A DNA stretch of 64,000 nt from Octopus sinensis. Taxonomy: Eukaryota. Every line of letters starts with the position of its first letter. The first letter of the stretch is position 1. The position numbers and the translations under genes were made by a program. Under the pieces are notes generated by a model that saw only the letters and a program-made list of their open reading frames with translations, was not told the origin of the DNA and made no database searches. The stretch spans positions 152,830,001-152,894,000 of the forward strand of contig NC_042998.1 of NCBI RefSeq assembly GCF_006345805.1. Reading direction: 5' to 3'. This document shows, piece by piece, positions 12,108 through 22,736 of this stretch.

Positions 12108-12505
12108 CATCATCATCATAGTTAAACATCCGTTTTCCATGCTAGAATGGGTTTGACGGTTTGACCGGGGTCTGGGAAGCCGGGAGGCTGCACCAGGCTC
12201 CAGTCTGATATGGTAGTATTTCTACAGCTGGATGCCCTTCCTAATGCCAACCACTCCGTGAGTGTAGTGTGTGCTTTTTACGTGCCACTGGCAGAAGGGC
12301 CGGTGGTGGTGGTGGTGGTGGTGGCCTGGCAACGGCCATGATCGGTTGGTGATTTTTACGTGTCACCAGCATGGACGCCAGTTATGGCAGCACTAGCATC
12401 GGCCATGTTCAGATGGTGCTTTTTACATGCCACCGGCAGAGGTATCACAACTACAATTTCTATTTGATTTTTATTTTGATGTTGATGTACTTGGCTCAAT
12501 AGGTC
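12108..12505 (-). mobile_element. PHD-type RTE 3' UTR fragment
   Basis: catcatcatcat..catccgttttccatgctagaatgggtttg tail and shared internal modules. Confidence 0.8.
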
Positions 12506-12534
12506 TACACACACATATGTATGAGCATGCATTC

Positions 12535-12960
12535 TTTGCATTTGGAACATGTGACACAGTAGATTAGGTTTTGGGATTTACAATTCATATTTGTATTTAT
12601 TTTAAAGGTGTAGTTGTCATTGAAAGTAATTTGTTCTCCTTCTTCAATGTAATCACATTTTCCACAGTGAGGGTCATCACATTTCTGAACTCTCTTTGTT
12701 GTTTCTCTAGTTGTAAATCTTGCTTGAGTTAAGAGCCTTTTTAGGTTGGGTGCTTGACATTTGCTGTAAATTATTTTTGAATGTTATTAATTTGTTCATT
12801 CTTGATATTTGTTGAAGAGTTGGGAGATATCTTTTTGCAGTGTTGATGATGTGGCTTAAAAAAGTTTTTTTAATTTTTTAATTCTATTTCTTTAATATTT
12901 TTTATATTCTTTTCTCTTTCCTATGTATATTTTTTTGCATGTATACTTGTAAGAAAATTT
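12535..12960 (-). mobile_element. Penelope-like element linker/GIY-YIG fragment (Cys-rich linker type)
   Basis: Minus-strand translation QAPNLKRLLTQARFTT..VQKCDDPHCGKCDYIEEG..FKINTNMNCKSQNLIYCVTCSKCKE. Confidence 0.8.
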
Positions 12961-13152
12961 TTTTGCTATTTAAGCAACCAATAAAACACATTTTTCAGTT
13001 TGAAAACAGCTACTTGAAGCTTGAAACTGATATGAGAGTAATTCACTGTAAACATTATTAAGATTAAAATAAAAATTATCCCCTCAAAAAGAGCCATCTC
13101 TACTCATTTTTTCAAATATATGTTTTCAAATGTATGTATACACACACATACA

Positions 13153-13153
13153 T

Positions 13154-13228
<75 letters not shown>

Positions 13229-13229
13229 T

Positions 13230-13265
<36 letters not shown>
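13153..13265 (+). repeat. (GATA)n/(GACA)n microsatellite
   Basis: Direct read. Confidence 0.95.
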
Positions 13266-13266
<1 letters not shown>

Positions 13267-13687
13267 TGTATATTTGTTAGTGTATACTCTAAATAGTATT
13301 GAAATTAATTACATATTACAAAATGAGTACACTGCAATAGATACTCATATGGGAAAACTTCCTTGATATTGCTTACTTGGTTACAAATGTACTCAGTGAG
13401 ACCACAAACCAGCTAAGTTTGTTTTATTGTAAAATATGTGACTTTTTTGTGATTAGCTTCATACTTCCTTCTTCCAATTGCCATCACAGTGACAGGGCCC
13501 ATGCAGAATTTAAACGTTTGAACAAAAAAGTATTAATATTTTTTTGCTCAAACATTTAAAGCTATATATATATTATATATATATATTTATACACACAAAT
13601 ATATATACACACACATATATATATATATACATATATATATACATACGTATATATATATATACATACATATATATATATACATATATA

Positions 13688-14230
13688 CAAGATGGCGCTG
13701 AACTAACAACAAGTGTGTTAACGTGTCTCTCCTAAATATTAAAGAAGTCCTTCCAGAGATCGATGTTATCAGAAGCGAAATTGTCTGCAAAGCGAATATA
13801 AGTGATAGTACAACAAGTCACTGTATTGAGAAGAATATTTTCGCTTTTGATGTAGTATTTGCAACTAGAACATACTCGCGAATACACGTGTTAAAACGCA
13901 CGTGTGTTACTTCCCGAAATCGAAGTGAATTTTATTCTTCGTCTGTGAATCAACAAGACACAGTATTTTTGAGAAGGATATTTTCGTTTTGATGTATATC
14001 TGCGTGTTCTGAAAAAAGCCTCTGAAAAATTTGCTGCTTAATACCAAATCGCTTAGGAAAATATAGAAAGTATATGTGAAACTGTTGCATGTGCTAAATC
14101 GAAACTCAAACCCCTTTTGTTTACAAAGTGCGCTTGGGGAGGAATATAAAAGGTCTGTCTTGTCTATCTATCTTCCTTTCTTATAAAAAGGAATCACGTA
14201 AGTACTCTCTCTCAGCCGGTAAGGTAAGAT
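13688..14230 (+). promoter_or_regulatory. CpG-containing promoter/first-exon-like segment
   Basis: YY1-like CAAGATGGCG (13688-13697), TATAAAAG (14145-14152), donors GTAAGT (14198), GTAAG (14219) and GTAAGA (14224). Visibly more CpGs than the flanks. Confidence 0.45.
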
Positions 14231-14539
14231 ATTATTTATCTTGTTATCATTAGTGTTCTTTCAAACAGAAAATAATTAAAAAAAAAAAAAAAAAAAAGAT
14301 ATAAAAATATAAAAATACGCGGTATTCTATCTTTATAATCTTTATAATTTCGTCCTCCGTGCCTGCCACGCACTCTCTTTCTCTTTTTTACATTTCTATT
14401 TCTATCTCTCTCATACATTTTTATTATTTGTTATCATTAGTGTTCTTTCAAACAGAAAATAATAATTAAAAAGATATAAAAATACGCGCTATTCTATCTT
14501 TATAATCTCTCCCTCTCTTTCTTACATTTCTATTTCTAT

Positions 14540-15375
14540 CTCTCTCATACAGTTTATACCTTATCTGTCTCCCCATCCACCAGACCCTCTATTTCCGCTC
14601 TCACTCTCCCCTCCTCCCTCTCTCTCCCTCTGAATCGTTTCTCTTCTGCATCTCTCTCAGATCAACTTTCTCTCACCTCACCCCCTCTCTCAGTTCCTCA
14701 ACTTCACTCATTCTCTCTGTATCTATATACCGCCCTCTTTCTCTCTCTCTCTCTGTTACTCCCCCTCCCTCTCTCTGCCTCTTTCTCTCCGCTCCTTCAC
14801 AGGTCAAACCCCTTTTCCTCTTCCCCTTCTGTCCCCTTATTTCTTTCTCTACACCACCCTCCCTGTCCCTTTACTACACTCTGTTGCGCCCCCTCTCTTC
14901 CTCTTCCCCCTTTTTCTTCCTACCTTTCCTCTCCCTGTTCCCTCTAAGGCTCACCACCCCCTGTCTCTTTTTTCCTCTCTCTGTCTCCTTCCTCCACACC
15001 ACCCTCTCTGTCCCTTTACTTCACTCCCTGGTACCTCTATCCTGCCCTCTCTCTCTCTCCCTCTATTTCATCTCTCTCTTCCTCTCCATTTTATCTCTCC
15101 GCCTTTCTTCTCCCTGCCCCCCCCTAGGGTCCACCCTCTTGTCTCACTTTTCCACCCTGTCCCTTTCTACTACACCTCTATCCCGCTCACTCTCCCCCCT
15201 GCTGACCTGCCATTCTCTCACCTTCTCTTTTTCCCTCTTATTTTCTCTCTTTCTCTCTTCTCTCAGGAAAATCCCCTCGTCTCTTCTCTCTATCCCCCCT
15301 GGCTTTTCTCCTTTCTCTTCTCCCTCTCCATATCTCTCCTTCTCTATCTCTCTCTCTGTTCCTATATTTCACTAG
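14540..15375 (+). repeat. ~830-nt polypyrimidine (CT-rich) tract ending in an acceptor-like tttcacTAG
   Basis: Direct read. The AG at 15374-15375 lies 6 nt before the ORF1 ATG. Confidence 0.8.
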
Positions 15376-15381
15376 AAGAAA

Positions 15382-16276
15382 ATGGCAAGAAACTGGTCTG
15401 CGAGAGAGGTGCAATTGTTCGTCCGCGCTTGGAAGATCGCTGAGGACGACTCGCCGAACGACATTATTGCTGCGGCGCTGAAAAGCAACAATTTTTCGAG
15501 AACCACCGCCCAGATAGAGCGAAAGAAGAGAGAAGTTATCCGTTCGTACGCTCTAATCAGGCAACATATGGACACCCTGGACATCATCCTGGGAGGTGAC
15601 GGCAGCAGGGAGGGCCAAAAGGATGAGGAAAGCATCCAGAGCCAAATGGAGAAGCCTGGAACAAAGGGAAACGATGACACATGTCCAGCTTCCAACACCA
15701 CAACTGAAGACCAAAGAGGTGCGATGGCCGCAAGAAAGGAAAGGCACCCTGGAATTGATGGGAAGCAGGAGGTAAAGGGTGACAGAATCAAGGCTAACGG
15801 AAGCCCTGTCCAGAGAAAGCAGAGGGACCCCAGCAAAAACTGTAAGGGCAGGGAAAGAAACACCTGCAAATTCTACCTGAGGGGGGACTGCTGGTACGGC
15901 GTTGAAGGTGCAAACTGTCGCTTTGCACATCGGAGGCCCTACCAAAACGCACGGACGCGAGACAGAGGTCCCTCCCTCAGGGAGAACAAAAACAAAAAGT
16001 TAAAAGAAGGGAAAAAAGCGCACTGACCACTACTGAAAGACGGTATGCAGATGTGGTGCGCGGAAACCCACAGGTGGCCAGCTTCACCCAGATGTGAGAA
16101 GGGCGGCAGCTGAACAGCAGTCTTTTTTGTGCATGGCACAAAAAATTGTTCAGCAGCTGACCTGGCTACAAGCACAAAGCTGGAACTACCACCACATAAG
16201 GCCACCTCCAACAGATGCAGGATGGCCACCACAGACACCAACACCAACACACACACCACAAAAATATTTCTACTGA
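15382..16276 (+). CDS. LINE A ORF1: Myb/SANT-like trihelix N-terminus plus CCCH zinc finger (broken by two apparent 1-nt frameshifts)
   Basis: W..REVQLFVRAW..IIAAALKSNNFSRTTAQIERKKREVIRSY; CKFYLRGDCWYGVEGANCRFAH. The C-terminal RYADVVR and AAAEQQSFLCMAQK blocks match copy B in shifted frames. Confidence 0.75.
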
Positions 16277-19232
16277 ATGTAGGAGGGCTGCTGCGTGGAA
16301 ACTGTAAAAAGAAAATTTCATTCCTGAGAGACCTTGTGACATGCAATCAAGCTATATGCATGGCACTCACAGAAACGCATCTTGAACCCGATATAGGTGA
16401 TGCAGAAATACACATGCCGCAATATGCAGTCATACGCACAGATAGAAAAGGGAGGAGCCATGGTGGAGTTGCAATGTACATCCGAGATGACCTCACGCCC
16501 CAGGTCCTGCTGTCATATTCAAACTCAGTATGTGAAACTCAAATTGTACACATAAGACAACTGAATATCGTCATATGCACTACATATCGCCCACCAGACG
16601 CCCCAAAACACTCAGGCATGTTTGAAGACTGCCTAACAAAAATAGGAGGAGTCCTCACCAACCTTGAACAGCACAACAGTGTATTCTTCATGGGTGACTT
16701 TAACCTCCCCAATGTGGAATGGCCTGGGGGGCAGATGCTCCCAGGGATGACACACCATCAGCAGGCACAGGTGGAGTCCCTGCTCCATCTCACAAATACC
16801 TCTTTCATGGAGCAAATAGTTCTGCAACCAACAAGGGCAGATAATATACTGGATCTCTGCTTTACAAACAATATGGATATTATCCATAATGTTAATGTGA
16901 TGCCGACAATGATCTCGGATCACAACATAATAGAGCTGTCTATGTATGGAACAAAAGCCCCCGCAGACACACAGCCTATACGAAGCACCCACCATCTCTC
17001 CAACTTAAACTTTCATAAAGCCAACTGGAAGTCGATTGAGAAAGAGATCCTCAAACAGGATTGGCCTGAATGTCTCTCCACACCGGACATAAACATGAAA
17101 CACAAACACTTCATGTCCATAATACAAGCCATATGTGACAAAATGTCCCAATGTGCAGGGCCAGCACACACAAGAACAAAAACAGGATCCCTAGAGAAAG
17201 GAGGATTCTTATGAGACGACGGACAAGGATTGCAAACCGCCTGAGCAAGCACACCAAAAGTGGTGAGAAGTCTCGGCTCGAAAGAATGCTAATGGAAACT
17301 GAGAAAAGTCTACATCAGTCCCATGAAAAGGAGAGAGAGCAGATAAAGAAGCTTGGGTAATAGAAATTAAAATCAAACCCTAAAGCTTTCTTTAAGTTTG
17401 CCAAAGAGACAGCCACAGTGCACCAGAGAATAGGACCTCTCTTCCAAAGATGGCTCTCTCACAGGAAATCCCACGAGGATAAGTGAAATACTGAATGAAC
17501 AGTTCCAAAGTGTGTTCACTACACCTCTAGGACACAGGCAAGTAAACAACCCAGAAGAATTCTTTGCCACTTTACCAGCGACCAAAGAGACAAAAATTGA
17601 GTACATCAACATCGAAGAAGATGATATCACACTAGCCATTGATGAGATTGACACAAACTCAGCTGCTGGACCTGATGGATTCCCAGCGATCCTTCTCAAA
17701 TCGTGCAAACGAGCCCTTGCAAAACCGCTACAGCTTCTTTTTCAGAGCTTTCTTGCAAGTGGTAAGCTCCCAGTCAAATGAAAGAGGGGGGTAATATGCC
17801 CTATCCATAAGGGAGGTAGCAGAGCAGATGCTAAAAATTATAGGCCTATCTCTCTGACCTCACACATCAGCAAAGTCATGGAACGAATAGTCCGTAAGAA
17901 ACTAATCATGTTCCTTGAAGAAAATGACTTACTGTCTGACACCCAGCATGGATTTCGACCAGGTAGAGGCTGCCTAACACAGCTCCTGCAACACTATGAC
18001 TGGGTGTGTGAAACAGCTACTAAATGGCTCAAATGTGGATGTAATATATATCTTGACTTTGCAAAAGCCTTTGATAAAGTCGACCATGGTATGATCTGTC
18101 ACAAACTGCGTGGTCTCGGCATAGGCGGGAAACTTGGAGAGTGGCTGCACACTTCCTAAAAGACAGAAAACAGGCAGTTGTGAGCAATGGAGCCACCTCC
18201 AGGGAAACGCAAATAACAAGCGGTGTCCCACAGGGCACTGTCTTGGGGCCACTGATGTTCATAGTGGCCCTTTCAGACATGCCTTCAGTTGCTACGATGA
18301 CCACCCTTGCTAGCTATGCAGATGACACAAAAGTCTCCCACGCAATACAAAACCCTGAAAATATTGCGCATCTACAACATGAGCTGGACACAATATACAG
18401 GTGGGCTGAGGACAACAACATGCAGTTTAATGCAGGTAAGTTCCAGGCCCTGCGCTACTGGCACACAAAGGTAAATGACGTGAAGACTGGATACACTGGC
18501 CCAGGAAGAATTGCAATCCCTGAGTCAAAATCAGTGCGTGACTGGGCATTGACATGAGCAATGATGCATCTTTCCAAATGCATATTGCTAATCTGTGATA
18601 AAATGCAGACGGCTAGCTGGATGGATTCTCCGAACTTTCAGAACAAGAGAGAAGGAGACACTGATGGTCCTATGGAAAACATTTGTCCTCAGCCGCTTGG
18701 ACTACTGCTCCCAACTTTGGTCACCACACAATATAAAAACAAACAGCAGAACTCGAAGCAACTCAGAGAAGCTACACAAAGAAAATCGTCTCAATGCAAA
18801 ATGTCAGCTACTGGGAAAGACTGAAGGTATTAAACCTCTTCTCCCTGGAGCGGAGGCGGGAGAGATATGCAGTGATATACATCTGGAAAATCCTGGAGGG
18901 TCTTGTCCCAAACTTTGGCATTCAAAGTTACTCCAACCGCAAAACGGGGCGCCGCTGCGTGGTGCCAAGGATTCCAACTTCACCATCAAAATACAGGTCC
19001 AGATACTGCAACAGCTTGGGTTTCAGAGGACCACAGCTCTCTTTAACATACTCCCTAAATGCCTGAGAGACTTTATGGTGTGGATGTGGGTTTCTTTAAA
19101 ACTAAACTGGATCTCTTCTTGTTGGGAGTCCCAGATGAACCTACCTCACGACAGGAGACACGGATGCGGGCAGCAGCATCGAACTCCCTTGTTGATCAAG
19201 TGCCACGTATCAGAGGTGGATTCACAAACTAG
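16123..19232 (+). pseudogene. LINE A ORF2 (APE endonuclease plus reverse transcriptase), several frameshifts
   Basis: LLNVGGL, LTETHL, YRPP, MGDFNLP, LDLCFTN, SDHNII, then RT motifs; collinear with copy B. Confidence 0.85.
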
Positions 19233-19474
19233 TGTAGCTGATTCAGCGGTGGTGCCCCAGCATGGCCGCGGCCTTCGGGCTAAAACATTTTTAAGGATTT
19301 AAGGATTTATACATACATACATACATATATATATACATACATATATATATACATATATATATACATACATATATATATACATATATACATACATATATAT
19401 ACACATATATATATATATACACATATATATATATATACACATATATATATACATATATATATATACATATATAT

Positions 19475-19748
19475 CACGAGACCAACCAGACCATCAGATG
19501 TTGTTACACATCGCTGGTCACAATGCGTTCGCATCGTTTTAGCCTTTGAATGACACCACCCCACTGGCTAAGTGAGCAGGCCAACAGAAGAAAGAGTGGT
19601 GAAAGAGTACAGCAGGGATCATCATCCCCTGCCAGAGCCTCGTGGAGCTTTTAGGTGTTTTCACTCAATAAACACTCACAACGCCTGGCCTGGGAATCGA
19701 AACCGTGATCCTACAACTGCGAGTCCGCTGCCCTAACCACTGGGCATA
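19475..19748 (-). mobile_element. Second tRNA-derived SINE family
   Basis: Minus-strand head tgcccagtggttagggcagcggactcgcagttgtaggatcacggtttcgattcccagg (A and B boxes), flanked by TA repeats. Confidence 0.75.
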
Positions 19749-19855
19749 TATATATACACACATATATATACATATATACATACTTATATATGTACATATA
19801 TACATACATATATATGTATATATATACATACATATATATGTATATATATACATAC

Positions 19856-19900
<45 letters not shown>

Positions 19901-19925
19901 TATATATACACACATATAAATATAT

Positions 19926-19956
<31 letters not shown>

Positions 19957-19957
19957 C

Positions 19958-19988
<31 letters not shown>

Positions 19989-20097
19989 ATATATATATAT
20001 ATATATACACACATATATATTATATATATATATGTACACATATATAATATACACACATATATATATTATATATCTATACACATATATATATATATAC

Positions 20098-21985
20098 ACA
20101 CCTGGCTTTTGTTGACATGGAGAAAGCCTTCGACAGGGTCCCCCGATCCCTTATTGGTGGGCAATGAGGAAACTAGGGATAGATGAATGGTTAGTGAGAG
20201 CTGTGCGGGCCATGTATAGGGACGCTGCTACTAGTAGGGTGAGGGTTGGAAACGAGTACAGTGAAGAATTCCGGGTAGAGGTAGGGGTCCACCAAGGCTC
20301 AGTACTCAGCCCCCTCCTATTTATCATAGTCCTCAGGCAATAACGGAGGAATTCAAGACAGGATGCCCTTGGGAGCTCCTCTATGCTGATGACCTTGCTC
20401 TAATTGCTGAGTCGCTATCAGAACTGGAGGAGAAGTTTCAGGTGTGGAAACAAGGATTAGAATCGAAGGGCCTCAGAGTCAATCTAGCTAAAACCAAAGT
20501 CGTAATCAGTAGGAAGGTAGACAAATCACAAACGCCTTCAGGTAGATGGCCCTGCTCGATCTGTAGAAAAGGTGTAGGTAGAAACTCTATAAGATGCACC
20601 AAGTGTAAGCTATGGACACATAAGAGGTGCAGCAATGTCAAAGGAAGGCTAACTAGGAAGATGGTTTTTGTATGTGGCAGATGCTCAGGAACAATAAACA
20701 CTGAAAATGCTCTGAGACCAACTTCCGTCACTTTCCAGGGAGTAAAACTAGAAATAGTTGATAGTTTCCGTTACCTAGGTGACCAAGTCAGCAGCGGGGG
20801 CGGGTGTGCTGAAAGTATAACTGCTAGAGTAAGAATAGCTTGGGCAAAGTTCAGAGAGCTCTTACCCCTGCTGGTGACAAAAGGCCTCTCGCACAGAGTG
20901 AAAGGCAGACTGTATGATGCGTGTGTACGAACAGCCATGCTACATGGCAGTGAAACATGGGCCGTGACTGCTGAGGATATGCGTAAGCTCGCAAGAAATG
21001 AAGCCAGTATGCTCCGATGGATGTGTAATGTCAGTGTTCATAATCGACAGAGTGTAAGTACCTTCAGAGAAAAGCTGGACCTAAGAAGCATCAGTTGTGG
21101 TGTGCAAGACAGACGATTGCGCTGGTATGGTCATGTGGCGAGAATGGATGAAGACAGTTGTGTGAAAAAGTGCCACACCCTAGCGGTTGAGGGAACCTGT
21201 GGAAGAGACAGACCCAGGAAAACCTGGGACGAGGTGGTGAAGCACGACCTTCGAATTTTTGGTCTCACTGAGGAAATGACTAGAGACCGAGTCCTCTGGA
21301 AGTGTGCTGTGCGCGAGAAGACCCGGCAGGACAAGTGAGTCCATAACCCGTGGCCTTCTACTTGGGATGGAGCCAGCCTACGTATGCATACCTTCCCTCT
21401 CTGGGACACAAAACTCTACTTGTGAAGACCTGTTGAGGCAAGTGAGGATCAGACCGAAATCGATCAATGGAAATTGCAGATGTGTTACCAGTGCCGGTGG
21501 CATGTCGATACTCTACTTGTGAAGACCCGTTGAGGCAAGTGAGGATCAGAAATGGAAATTGCAGATGTGTTACCAGTGCCGGTGGCATGTCGAAACTCTA
21601 CTTGTGAAGACCCGTTGAGGCAAGTGAGGATCAGAATGGAAATCGATCAATGGAAATTGCAGATGTGTTACCAGTGCCGGTGGCATATCAGAGAACCTTC
21701 CATTTCGCGACCGTTGCCAGCACCGCCCCGTTTCGTGTCCGTTGCCACATAAAAAGCACCATCCGTTCGTGGCTGTTTGCCAGCTCTGTCTGGCACCTGT
21801 GCGGGTGGCACGTAAAAAGCACCCACTACACTCACGGAGTGGTTGGCGTTAGGAAGGGCATCCAGCCGTAGAAACACTGCCAGATTTGACTGGGCCTGAT
21901 GAAGCCTTCTGGCTTCATCAGTAGAACTGTCCAACCCATGCTAGCATGGAAAACGGACGCTAAACGATGATGATGATGATGATGA
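20098..21985 (+). mobile_element. 5'-truncated RTE-clade LINE with a PHD-like finger inside the RT region; (TGA)n tail
   Basis: [34 protein letters not shown] 20442-21338 with RRLRWYGHVARM and GRDRPRKTW; 3' ggaaaacggacgctaaacgatgatgatg. Confidence 0.9.
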
Positions 21986-22005
21986 TATAATACACATATA
22001 TATAT

Positions 22006-22056
<51 letters not shown>

Positions 22057-22431
22057 ATATATATATACACACAATATATATATACATATCTATATATTAC
22101 ATATATATATACACACATATATATATATACACGTATACAGCAAAAATTTAGATTCGAGTGAATATGGTACTTAATTTAGATACACCAGAATTTTGTACGG
22201 TGTTATCCATAAAAATTTGTGGTGTGATTATAATCAAAATAAGCGACAAGAATGACTCCGTACAACATTTAATAAAATGATGTAGTGCGAAACAATTGTA
22301 CCAAATTGCCGGAGTTATTCGTGTTGCTTATTTTGATATACATATATACATATATATACATAAATACATATATACATATATATATATATTATATATTATA
22401 TATATATATATATATACATATAAACATATGG

Positions 22432-22675
22432 TGGCTGCCCCCTCGTTATCGAGTATGGCCATTGCACGAAGCTTAATCAATGTTGTTATCGTGCAATGCC
22501 TGTGCAAGAAGATTTTTTTTAAAGTGAGGAAAGGCTGTGCACTGAGTCAATCCCACTCACTAAGCAACAGCAGCCATAATCTGAAAAGAAGAACAAGTCA
22601 ACATCATCGGTAACCATTGAGCTGTAGGTTTTATAGAGTTATCCCAGTTACCTGAGTTACCTTCTCCTAGAAGGT
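22432..22675 (-). mobile_element. RTE 3'-end fragment related to 36761-39155
   Basis: ctgccccctcgttatcgagtatggccattgcacgaagcttaa matches 36768-36810. Confidence 0.65.
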
Positions 22676-22679
22676 ATAT

Positions 22680-22732
<53 letters not shown>

Positions 22733-22736
22733 CATA

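Larger units (their letters stand above)
13688..19308 (+). mobile_element. CR1/L2-group LINE copy A, possibly full length (~5.6 kb), frameshifted in this assembly
   Basis: ORF1 from 15382, APE and RT (YLDFAKAFDKV, GVPQGTVLGP, SYADDTK, LERRRERY), a 3' (TTTAAGGA)n tail, and TA-rich microsatellites on both flanks. The 5' boundary is inferred. Confidence 0.85.

Noticed and set aside
14884-15375. 163-aa Leu/Ser/Pro-rich ORF, and similar ORFs at 42596-43302
   Set aside because: Artefacts of CT/GA-rich low-complexity tracts.
19307-20115. Many ORFs rich in Y/I/C/H/T (also near 6300, 8700, 11400, 24800, 25700, 30100, 59400)
   Set aside because: These are translations of (TA)n/(CA)n/(TACA)n microsatellites.
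21896-21921. CTGATGAAGCC-TTCT-GGCTTCATCAG hairpin starting with a hammerhead-like CUGAUGA
   Set aside because: No GAAA or stem III. Other copies of this 3' UTR read ctgatgcagcc or ggtgcagcc, so it is a chance variant.
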